From the NCBI GenBank assembly GCA_002269645.1, contig NIVC01000512.1:14472-78471 (forward strand): DNA of 64,000 nucleotides, written 5' to 3'. The DNA comes from Macrostomum lignano. Lineage: Eukaryota. The notes beneath the pieces were generated by a model, which was not told where the DNA came from, ran no database searches, and saw only the letters and a program-made list of their open reading frames with translations. The position numbers were made by a program, and so were the translations under genes. Of the stretch, positions 51,525-62,700 are shown piece by piece. Position 1 is the stretch's first letter; each line of letters opens with the position of its first letter.

Positions 51525-52340
51525 TCACTCAGTTTAGCTGTCTATGACCCTGTCACTCAGCTTAGCTGTCTATGACTCTAGCTCTGTCACTCAGTTTAGC
51601 TGTCTATGACTCTAGCTTTGTCACTCAGTTTAGCTGTCTATGACTCTAGCTCTGTCACTCAGTTTAGCTGTCTATGACCCTGTCACTCAGTTTAGCTGTC
51701 TATGACCCTGTCACTCAGCTTAGCTGTCTATGACCCTGTCACTCAGTTTAGCTGTCTATGACCCTGTCACTCAGTTTAGCTGTCTATGACCCTGTCACTC
51801 AGTTTAGCTGTCTATAACTCTAGCTTTGTCACTCAGTTTATCTGTCTATGACTCTAGCTTTGTCACTCAGTTTAGCTGTCTATGACCCCGTCACTCAGTT
51901 TAGCTGTCTATGACTCTAGCTCTGTCACTCAGTTTAGCTGTCTATGACCCCGTCACTCAGTTTAGCTGTCTATGACCCCGTCACTCAGTTTAGCTGTCTA
52001 TGACCCTGTCACTCAGTTTAGCTGTCTATGACCCTGCCACTCAGTTTAGCTGTCTATGACCCTGTCACTCAGTTTAGCTGTCTATGACCCTGTCACTCAG
52101 TTTAGCTGTCTATGACCCCGTCACTCAGTTTAGCTGTCTATGACCCTGTCACTCCGTTTAGCTGTCTATGACCCTGTCACTCAGTTTAGCTGTCTATGAC
52201 CCTGTCACTCCGTTTAGCTGTCTATGACCCTGCCACTCAGTTTAGCTGTCTATGACCCTGCCACTCAGTTTAGCTGTCTATGACCCTGCCACTCAGTTTA
52301 GCTGTCTATGACCCTGTCACTCAGTTTAGCTGTCTATGAC
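51525..52340. repeat. 28/37-bp minisatellite
   Basis: Unit TGTCACTCAGTTTAGCTGTCTATGACCC, with longer TCTAGCT variants; degenerate flanks. Confidence 0.93.
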
Positions 52341-53194
52341 ACTCTGTGAATCATATTGCGAACTTTGACTCTCAGTGACTCTCTATGACTGTGTCCATCT
52401 GACACTATACATGTATATGAAAACATGATAAAATTCCATACCCTCAGACTGTCGATCCCATTCTCCGCACCCAGTTGGTCAACAGCTCAATGCAGCTTTT
52501 TATTCAAAGCAACTTGTGCAAACTCCCTGTCCCCGGAGTCCGGAGCGCAGTCCCCTGCCCTCACAGTGAGCAAACAGACTCAATGAGCATTGGATCAAAC
52601 TGAGCCAGATGTGAATCGATAGGCCAACCATGGCAAGCACAATGGCAAGCATATAGATGTTTGCCATCGGGATCGAATCCATTATCGATATTACCAATAA
52701 AGATGGCAAGAAGTGCACCGCCCTTTCCCCTCCATTGTTTCCCAGTCGCATCTCCAGTTCCTGCCTGGATAAGAAGGGATGTGGCATGCAGCTTTTTGAT
52801 CAGCGGAGGCGAAAGCCAGTCAGCCGCTCGAGCGTAGAGAATTTCTCTTTGATGCCGATCAGAGCTCGGGGATGTGCTCAACTTTTTTGCCTCATCGCTA
52901 CCTTACTCAGTCAACCCTTTGTACGCCTGCTATTCAATAGCAGCGTCTATACAGCCTCCCCACTGCTCCGCTCTTCTTTCATCTTTTCATCTAGTTATGA
53001 AACTCCAAACTTGCTTTCTCGTCGTCTGAGTCTTTTACGGGTGCTTACTCCCTGAAGAAGCTAATCTGGTGGCACTGGAATTCCGGACCTCTCCATATCC
53101 TTTGCGATAGCGTGCTTATTCTTACAACTCTCTTGTCGTCTGAATTTTCCACTTCGATCTCTCCTATGAGACTCTCTCAAAATCTCAGTCTCTT

Positions 53195-53462
53195 ACCCTA
53201 TCAGATCTCACCCTATTAAATTTCACCCTATCAAATCTCACCCTATTAAATCTCTCCCTATCAAATCTCACCCTATCAAATCTCACCCTATCAAATCTCA
53301 CCCTATCAAATCTCACCCTATCAAATCTCACCTTATCGAATCTCACCCTATATCAAATCTTACCCTATAAAATCTTAAATTATCAAATCTCACCATACAA
53401 AATCTCACCCTATCAAATCTCACCCTATCAAATCTCATCCTATCATAAGTCTCACCCTATCA
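53195..53462. repeat. 15-bp minisatellite
   Basis: Unit AAATCTCACCCTATC. Confidence 0.9.
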
Positions 53463-54617
53463 AATTTCTTTCTCAAAAGAAAGAAAGAATTTTGCACCTA
53501 GAATTTCTATTTTCAAGCCAGCGTTATCCCAAGAAGCAGAGCCGCTGGGCAAAAGCAGGCAGTTTGAAATGGAACTGTCTTAAAAGTACAAAACCAAATC
53601 TTTTTTGTCTGCTCACAGTGCGAGTTCATTATTGCCGTGTTACCACCCAAGCTTTCTCTGCTTGTCCCCCCCCTGCCTGTCTCTCGGTGTAAATCACCCG
53701 CCTCTGCCCCTCCTTCCTTCGGCCCCTCCTTGTCGACGTCGAAATGAATCTCAGTCCGAAATGGAGAAAGTTGAGGTCGGCATGCTTATTCTAGGGGAAA
53801 TTCTCCCTATTCGTCGAGACGAGAGAAGCCCAAAGCCTCGGCTGTACGCTGGCCTCTGGAGCCGAATTGGAGACAAATCAGGGACGAGATTGCTAATTGA
53901 CCAGAGCATTTCTGCCCGCGGCTGGGGTGTTTATTGCAACAAGCCGGAAGCAGAGAATGCAAGACTGCATGCTGCCGTGTTTTGGGCGGGTCCTGGGAGC
54001 AGTCTGAAATGCGAGTCAGTATGTAGAGTCATTGATTCTCGCCCTGGGATCTGGGGGGCAGAGAGGTAAGAATACAGAAAGGAGAGGGGAGAGGCGCCGT
54101 GGGGGGAGAAACGAGAGCGGAAGATGAGTTAAATCGATAGGCTGGATGGGGATTACAGCCCAAAGACTCAAGCAGCAGTGAGACGCCCCATGCATAATTC
54201 TTTTCTCCTCTGTTCTCCCTCGCTTCGTGCGCTTAACACCTTTGCCTTCCCTTATCCCCGTGGACTGCCCCGATCCCCTGCCCCAGTTCCCCAGTTTCAT
54301 GGGCGGGCAGGGGGGGGGGAGTCACAGGCTGGAATGTAATTCTACTCCGGCATCTATCGGATGACGAGAAGCTCAACGAACAGTCAATAGGAATAGGTTG
54401 TCAGATTGCTTGGGTGCTATTTATGTACTTGCTAAAGAGTTCTTGATGATAAAAATTGTATATTTTGGAAAGGATAAAAATGCACTGGAGTTCTGCTTAA
54501 AGAACTTCTAAATTACCTACTATATAAAAATGTACATGAATCAAGACTCTGGTGACACGCTCAAAATTGTGGGTAATTTTGTAACTGAAGTTGCTGCTTG
54601 TGTTTTTCTAGTGCTGG

Positions 54618-55574
54618 CTAATCATGGATTTCCAGGTCGAGTTCCAAATCGTAGTGTACGGGTGCTATGGCAACTGGTTGCCTTGACAACACGGCAACCT
54701 CTTCGTAGGGCGGCGGCGCCGTCGGAGTCAGCGGAGGCGGCGGCTTGTCCTCGTCGGGCTGCTCAACGTCCGACGAAGGGACGCTGGCGCAGATCGACAG
54801 TGGCTTCCGCTGGCTCCGCCGTGGGCCCTGCCGCCGAGTCTGTCGGGTGGCGCAGCACAGGCGCAGGCACAGCGGCCTGCCGTGCTCGCACAGGCAGTGG
54901 ACCAGGTAGGCCACAGCGCAGGCCCCGAGCACAGCGCTGGCAACAACCACCAGCAATAGCAGAAGACCCTCTAGTTTGAAAGCCGTCTTCTGCTTGCACA
55001 TTGTCCACAGATGGTCCCGATCGAAGTTGGCCGTGGTGCCGCACCAGAGGTAGTCCTCGCCTTCGGCGCTGTGCTTCAAGCACTCGCTGTGCCGCACTCC
55101 GTTGTATTTGAACGGGAAGTGGCACGGCCTGCCCGGGTCGTTGCCGCCCTCGGTGGACTCGGTCTCGTCGCAGACTCGGCGATCTCCGCGGGCGGTCTGG
55201 CAGACCCACTGGCGCGACTGGTAGATGCACCGGCTCTCGATGCCGCTGGACTGCCGGTTGAACCGGCAGGGCATCAGGTGGGAGAGCTCGCGGCACCGAG
55301 TCCATTTGCCCGAGTAGTTGCCCGGCGTGGTGGAGCACCACAGGTAGTTTTCTGGAGAGGGAAATCCAGATGATGATGATGATGGTGATGATGATGATAA
55401 TGATAATAATGATGGGGATGATGATGATGATAATGATGATGATGATGATAATGATGAAGGATGATGATGATGATGATGATGATCATGATGATCATGATGA
55501 TAATGATGATGATGATGATGATGATGATAATGATGATGATGGTGATGATGATGATGATGATGATAATGATGATG

Positions 55575-55651
<77 letters not shown>

Positions 55652-55715
55652 AATGATAATAATGATGGTGATGATGATGATGATAATGATGATGATGATG
55701 ATAATAATGATGATG

Positions 55716-55747
<32 letters not shown>

Positions 55748-57786
55748 GATGATGATGAAAGCTAAGAAAGTCACGAGACCTGCTGGCTACGCTTGCTCAG
55801 CCTTGCTCAGCCTTGCTCAGCAGCCTTGCTCAGCTTTGCTCAGCTTTGCTCAGCCTTGCTCAGCTTTGCTCAGCCTTGCTCAGCAGCCTTGCTCAGCCTT
55901 GCTCAGCCTTGCTCAGTCTTGCTCAGTCTTGCTCAGCCTTGCTCAGCCTTGCTCAGCCTTGCTCAGCCTTGCTCAGCTTTGCTCAGCCTTGCTCAGCCTT
56001 GCTCAGCCTTGCTCAGTCTTGCTCAGCCTTGCTCAGTCTTGCTCAGCCTTGCTCAGCCTTGCTCAGTCTTGCTCAGCCTTGCTCAGCCTTGCTCAGTCTT
56101 GCTCAGCTTTGCTCAGCCTTGCTCAGCCTTGCTCAGCCTTGCTCAGTCTTGCTCAGCTTTGCTCAGCCTTGCTCAGCCTTGCTCAGCTTTGCTCAGCCTT
56201 GCTCAGCTTTGCTCAGCCTTGCTCAGCCTTGCTCAGCCTTGCTCAGTCTTGCTCAGCCTTGCTCAGCCTTGCTCAGCTTTGCTCAGCCTTGCTCAGCCTT
56301 GCTCAGCCTTGCTCAGCCTTGCTCAGTCTTGCTCAGCCTTGCTCAGCTTTGCTCAGCCTTGCTCAGCCTTGCTCAGTCTTGCTCAGCCTTGCTCAGAAGC
56401 CTTGCTCAGCTTTGCTCAGCTTTGCTCAGCCTTGCTCAGTCTTGCTCAGTCTTGCTCAGCCTTGCTCAGCCTTGCTCAGTCTTGCTCAGCCTTGCTCAGT
56501 CTTGCTCAGCCTTGCTCAGCCTTGCTCAGTCTTGCTCAGCCTTGCTCAGCTTTGCTCAGCCTTGCTCAGCCTTGCTCAGTCTTGCTCAGCCTTGCTCAGC
56601 TTGCTCAGCCTTGCTCAGCCTTGCTCAGTCTTGCTCAGCCTTGCTCAGTCTTGCTCAGTCTTGCTCAGTCTTGCTCAGTCTTGCTCAGCCTTGCTCAGCC
56701 TTGCTCAGCCTTGCTCAGCCTTGCTCAGCCTTGCTCAGCCTTGCTCAGCCTTGCTCAGCCTTGCTCAGCCTTGCTCAGCCTTGCTCAGCCTTGCTCAGCC
56801 TTGCTCAGTCTTGCTCAGCCTTGCTCAGCCTTGCTCAGTCTTGCTCAGCCTTGCTCAGCCTTGCTCAGTCTTTGCTCAGCCTTGCTCAGCCTTGCTCAGC
56901 CTTGCTCAGCCTTGCTCAGCTTTGCTCAGCCTTGCTCAGTCTTGCTCAGCCTTGCTCAGTCTTGCTCAGCTTTGCTCAGCCTTGCTCAGCCTTGCTCAGC
57001 CTTGCTCAGCCTTGCTCAGCCTTGCTCAGCTTTGCTCAGCCTTGCTCAGTCTTGCTCAGCCTTGCTCAGCCTTGCTCAGCTTTGCTCAGCCTTGCTCAGT
57101 CTTGCTCAGTCTTGCTCAGCTTTGCTCAGCCTTGCTCAGCCTTGCTCAGCTTTGCTCAGCCTTGCTCAGCTTTGCTCAGCCTTGCTCAGCCTTGCTCAGC
57201 CTTGCTCAGCCTTGCTCAGCTTTGCTCAGCCTTGCTCAGTCTTGCTCAGCCTTGCTCAGCCTTGCTCAGTCTTGCTCAGCCTTGCTCAGCCTTGCTCAGC
57301 TTTGCTTTGCTCAGCCTTGCTCAGCCTTGCTCAGTCTTGCTCAGCCTTGCTCAGCCTTGCTCAGCCTTGCTCAGCCTTGCTCAGCCCAAGCTTCCCATAC
57401 CCGAACTTGCTCACCTCCCCTCGTGTCCCGCCGGCTGCAGTGCCGGAACTCCTCGCCAGAGTAGGTGAATGGGAAGTGGCACAGCTTGCCGGGGTCCGTG
57501 CCGCCGAAGGTACTGTCGGTGCCGGGGCACCACTTGAAGCGGCCGTCGGAGCAGTAGTCGGCAGTGGTGGGGCACCACAGCCCGTCCGGCTGTGCTGGCA
57601 CTCGCTGATGCTGCCATCAGGTCCGCGCGACGGGAAGTGACAGCCATCGGCCTCCGGTTCCTCCTTGTAGTTGGAGGTGCAGTCCGGGCCGCCCCAGAAG
57701 TTGATGGACTGGGTCAGCGCTGGCGCGAGGATTAGCGTCCAGGCCAAGTGGATTATCAAGCGGATTAACGGACCAGAGAGATGCAT
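54618..57786 (-). CDS. Type I membrane protein with three fibronectin type II (FN2) repeats and a cytoplasmic PPPY motif; one frameshift as assembled
   Basis: Exon 1 57786-57415 (signal peptide, FN2-1, start of FN2-2 CHFPFTYSG) joins in phase 1 to exon 2 55351-54618 (ENYLWCSTT..., FN2-3 CHFPFKYNG...YLWCGTTANFDRD, TM LLLLLVVVASAVLGACAVAYLV, tail APPPYEEV). One base is missing near 57593, between C-Q and QPDGLWC. Confidence 0.75.
55369..55757. repeat. (GAT)n trinucleotide repeat in the FN2-gene intron
   Basis: About 130 units with AAT/GGT interruptions, ending next to the acceptor pyrimidine tract on the - strand. Confidence 0.96.
55793..57385. repeat. 10-bp minisatellite in the FN2-gene intron
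   Basis: Unit GCTCAG(C/T)(C/T)TT, about 160 copies. Confidence 0.97.
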
Positions 57787-58559
57787 AAGGGCAGCGCCTG
57801 CTCTACGAAATTCGAAACGCGGAGACGAGAGAAAAAATTCAGATAGTTCTGCGCGACTTTCCTATTGTTTTAAATTTTGGAATTTTTCAGCCTAGATAAA
57901 AACTTTTCTCCCGAAAAAAGGGCTGGGGCGGGGCGGTCCCTCCGGATTTGAAAGGTTTTTAGGGAAGGAAATAAGGAAACAAATTTTTCTGCTCCTAGGG
58001 CGAGGTGGGGTGGGCAGTGCAGGTCGCGAGAACCGCGGCCAGCCAATCCACAGATTGGGAGATTTTTAGCCTCAGCATGGGAGATGCGCTGGGGATTAGG
58101 GGTGTCTACCTGCATGCACTGCCATAGTCAGCAATCAGTGAATTGAAAGCCTACAAATTCCCACTGTGTTGACGTTGACATGCGGGTCTGTCTGTTCATG
58201 CTTTCAAGTGCTTTCCTGTGGCAGTTTTTTCACTTGAATTCACGTACAGGCCCTGTCTGTCTGTCTTTCTAGTGCCTTTGCTTTAAGGATGGGAACACCA
58301 TGCTTCTTCCTCTTTTTGATAGCGACTCAAACGTTTATTATAATAGATAAATTTAAATGAAAATTTCACTGCCATTATTATTAACTTTTGCCGACTTCCA
58401 TTGGCATCAAAATCAAAAAAATAAAATTACGATTCAGGCAGTAATTACAGTAATTAGGCTTGATTAACTGAGGTTCTAATGTACATGTACTCTGATGGTA
58501 CTGGTAGTTTCAGGTAACTCTTCCCTAGCTTCCTCAGGTAGGTCACTGGTAGTCTCATG

Positions 58560-60590
58560 TAGTTCAGGTCCTATTCCTCAATACCTGTGTCAGGTAGGTC
58601 TCTGTCCTAGTCCTCAATACCTGTGTCAGGTAGGTCTCTGTCCTACTCCTCAATACCTGTGTCAGGTAGGTCTCGTAGGTCTGTCCTACTCCTCAATACC
58701 TGTCTCAGGTAGGTCTCTGTCCTACTCCTCAATACATGTAGCTGTCTCAGGTAGGTCTCTGTCCTACTCCTCAATACATGTAGCTGTCTCAGGTAGGTCT
58801 CTGTCCTACTCCTCAATGCATGTAGCTGTCTAGGTAGGTCTCTGTCCTACTCCTCAATGCATGTAGCTGTCTCAGGTAGGTCACTGTCCTACTCCTCAAT
58901 GCATGTAGCTGTCTCAGGTAGGTCTCTGTCCTACTCCTCAATGCATGTAGCTGTCTCAGGTAGGTCACTGTCCTACTCCTCAATGCATGTAGCTGTCTCA
59001 GGTAGGTCACTGTCCTACTCCTCAATACATGTAGCTGTCTCAGGTAGGTCACTGTCCTACTCCTCAATACATGTAGCTGTCTCAGGTAGGTCACTGTCCT
59101 ACTCCTCAATGCATGTAGCTGTCTCAGGTAGGTCACTGTCCTACTCCTCAATGCATGTAGCTGTCTCAGGTAGGTCACTGTCCTACTCCTCAATACATGT
59201 AGCTGTCTCAGGTAGGTCTCTGTCCTACTCCTCAATGCATGTAGCTGTCTCAGGTAGGTCACTGTCCTACTCCTCAATACATGTAGCTGTCTCAGGTAGG
59301 TCACTGTCCTACTCCTCAATACATGTAGCTGTCTCAGGTAGGTCACTGTCCTACTCCTCAATGCATGTAGCTGTCTCAGGTAGGTCACTGTCCTACTCCT
59401 CAATACATGTAGCTGTCTCAGGTAGGTCTCTGTCCTACTCCTCAATACATGTAGCTGTCTCAGGTAGGTCTCTGTCCTACTCCTCAATACATGTAGCTGT
59501 CTCAGGTAGGTCACTGTCCTACTCCTCAATGCATGTAGCTGTCTCAGGTAGGTCACTGTCCTACTCCTCAATACATGTAGCTGTCTCAGGTAGGTCACTG
59601 TCCTACTCCTCAATACATGTAGCTGTCTCAGGTAGGTCACTGTCCTACTCCTCAATGCATGTAGCTGTCTCAGGTAGGTCTCTGTCCTACTCTCAATGCA
59701 TGTAGCTGTCTCAGGTAGGTCACTGTCCTACTCCTCAATACATGTAGCTGTCTCAGGTAGGTCTCTGTCCTACTCCTCAATGCATGTAGCTGTCTCAGGT
59801 AGGTCACTGTCCTACTCCTCAATACATGTAGCTGTCTCAGGTAGGTCACTGTCCTACTCCTCAATACATGTAGCTGTCTCAGGTAGGTCACTGTCCTACT
59901 CCTCAATGCATGTAGCTGTCTCAGGTAGGTCACTGTCCTACTCCTCAATACATGTAGCTGTCTCAGGTAGGTCTCTGTCCTACTCCTCAATGCATGTAGC
60001 TGTCTCAGGTAGGTCACTGTCCTACTCCTCAATACATGTAGCTGTCTCAGGTAGGTCACTGTCCTACTCCTCAATACATGTAGCTGTCTCAGGTAGGTCT
60101 CTGTCCTACTCCTCAATGCATGTAGCTGTCTCAGGTAGGTCACTGTCCTACTCCTCAATACATGTAGCTGTCTCAGGTAGGTCACTGTCCTACTCCTCAA
60201 TGCATGTAGCTGTCTCAGGTAGGTCTTTGTCCTACTCCTCAATGCATGTAGCTGTCTCAGGTAGGTCTCTGTCCTACTCCTCAATGCATGTAGCTGTCTC
60301 AGGTAGGTCTCTGTCCTACTCCTCAATACATGTAGCTGTCTCAGGTAGGTCACTGTCCTACTCCTCAATGCATGTAGCTGTCTCAGGTAGGTCACTGTCC
60401 TACTCCTCAATGCATGTAGCTGTCTCAGGTAGGTCACTGTCCTACTCCTCAATACATGTAGCTGTCTCAGGTAAGTCACTGTCCTACTCCTCAATGCATG
60501 TAGCTGTCTCAGGTAGGTCACTGTCCTACTCCTCAATACATGTAGCTGTCTCAGGTAGGTCTCTGTCCTACTCCTCAATACCTCAATTCC
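58560..60590. repeat. 42-bp minisatellite
   Basis: Unit TAGCTGTCTCAGGTAGGTCACTGTCCTACTCCTCAATACATG, about 45-48 copies. Confidence 0.97.
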
Positions 60591-62189
60591 TCAATTCCTC
60601 AGGTAAGTTCACGGTCTTAATCCAATTGTATCTGGTTCGTCGCCAGCACATTAATTGCATCTACTAATCCCGTACATAATAATGGAATTTCTCTCTGGTT
60701 CTTGCACCAACATGGAGGAGAAACTTGCGGATTGCAGCTAACTGCGCTAAGAAGGTAAAGGAGTTCCGAAATTAGGCGTGTGAGTAGCATGAGTGGCACG
60801 CTGAAGGACCTCATACTAGAATTGCATAGCTAGCAGACTTTGACTTCATGCATGTAATTATGCGTAACATCTTGTGGAAACGAAACTTGGCGCTGCATGG
60901 GGCTGCTGCCTTGACAGCACTTACACTGTAACACTAGCCCAGACCAGTTCTGTGTCGTCTCTTTAACCAAATCTAGACAATTATGGCTGTTTAATTGGGC
61001 AGGTTGTGGGTAAAATGGCGTCCAGACAAATTGCGTGCATGGTTGCATGCAATTCTTTCTATAGCTAGCAAACCAATTTTCAATCAACTTTGCTCTTTAT
61101 ATGATGGTTAATTTGAGTTGAAATTGAAAAGTTTACGAGGAAAAACATCGGACTTATTTTACTGGACTTGTTATGAGCATATATTTTATACAGACGCACA
61201 AGAAAAAAGATGGTAGTTTAAAAAACACAACAACTAGTGGATGGTGAAACAGCTGTTGGTTTCGAAAGCTACAGCATGTGAGAGAAGTGATTGGAGAAGA
61301 AACACATTATACAATTAAGACAAATGGTAAACAGGAGGAGCACTACTTCCGCCAGCTTGATTTCTACACAAGAGTCGGTTTACTATAACTCGCTGGTATG
61401 GGTGTTACCCACAGATACTAGAATGACTAGATGGGCCACTCAAGAATATATACTTAGTAAAACAGCTTTCTACTTTCAGTTCAGTTGCAGAGAAGAATAC
61501 ACATAAGCTAATTTCTATAAAATAAAGGCAGATGAAATGACTTTGATAAGTTTAGAAGCCAAAAAGCTTGCAGACGAAAACAGCTTCCTAATTGGTTCAG
61601 CCATAATGTACATAGTACATTAGCCACTGAAATGTACAAGGCAGATTTAGGCAGGAACAACCGAGGAAGGTAATAAAATTGGTCGGCGGGCGGACTAGAT
61701 GTCTGCGTGGAGTTTCAGCTAGGGTTTTAAGCTTGGCCGGAGGGTAAGAGTCAATAAATTAGCCTTGGCTTTAAAAATGCATTAAAATGCTTCAGCTTAA
61801 CTTACTACTGAACTGAAAGTAGCTTACACGCAAATGTGCTGAGTGGCCCATCTAGGTTATTCTAGTATCCTGTGTTACCTGGATAACTGAATGGTCGAGC
61901 TGGGCGCCCGCTTGACAACTTTTTTAATTCATTTTTGTGATTGAATAAACCAATAAATTATTTTTATTAAAAAAATTAAAACACGCTTTCTGTCCGCTTT
62001 TTAAAATAACTTTTGTAACTAATATTAACAATTTTTGCATTTGCTAAAATTGCGCAATTTTTTAAATTAGACTAACGAGCTACAGCCGCACAAGCAAAGT
62101 ACTGCGCGCTAGACGCATTCGTTTCCCCATTGATATTCGCATTGATATTCGAATTTTAACAAAAGCAAAATACTAAAAGCAACCAGTAG

Positions 62190-62700
62190 CATGAAACTTT
62201 ACACAGAGTAAACTGCAACCGTGAAACGACTATTGGTCAAGTTTTAGCTCGATATGTAACTTTGGCTCTGAGCAGGAGCGATTTTCGATGTGTTCCATTT
62301 AAAATACATGTGATTCCAAAATTCATATTGATATTCGCGAGTACAGGTACTTCTGCTTCACTGATCTTGACGAAACTTTACACAGAGTAAACTGCAACCG
62401 TGAAACGACTATTGGTCAAGTTTCAGCTCGATATGTAACTTTGGCTCTGAGCAGGAGCGATTTTCGATGTGTTCCATTTAAAATACATGTGATTCCAAAA
62501 TTCATATTGATATTCGAGTACAGGTACTTCTGCTTCACTGATCTTGACGAAACTTTACACAGAGTAAACTGCAACCGTGAAACGACTATTGGTCAAGTTT
62601 CAGCTCGATATGTAACTTTGGCTCTGAGCAGGAGCGATTTTCGATGTGTTCCATTTAAAATACATGTGATTCCAAAATTCATATTGATATTCGAGTACAG
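62190..62700. repeat. About 178-bp tandem triplication
   Basis: GAAACTTTACACAGAG recurs at 62193, 62372 and 62549. Confidence 0.92.

Noticed and set aside
52565-52787. - strand hydrophobic ORF (MANIYMLAIVLAMVGLSIHIWLSL) ending at a GTGAGG donor; similar candidate at 50937-51058
   Set aside because: I could not find downstream exons to join them to; hydrophobic stretches and donor look-alikes can occur by chance.
55461-57640. 551-667 aa Met/Leu/Ser/Cys-rich ORFs
   Set aside because: Read-through of the (GAT)n and 10-bp arrays lying inside the intron of the - strand FN2 gene.
58813-60667. HVAVSGRSLSYSS repeat ORFs of 280-323 aa
   Set aside because: Products of a 42-bp array with 1-bp indels; no unique flanking coding sequence or domain.
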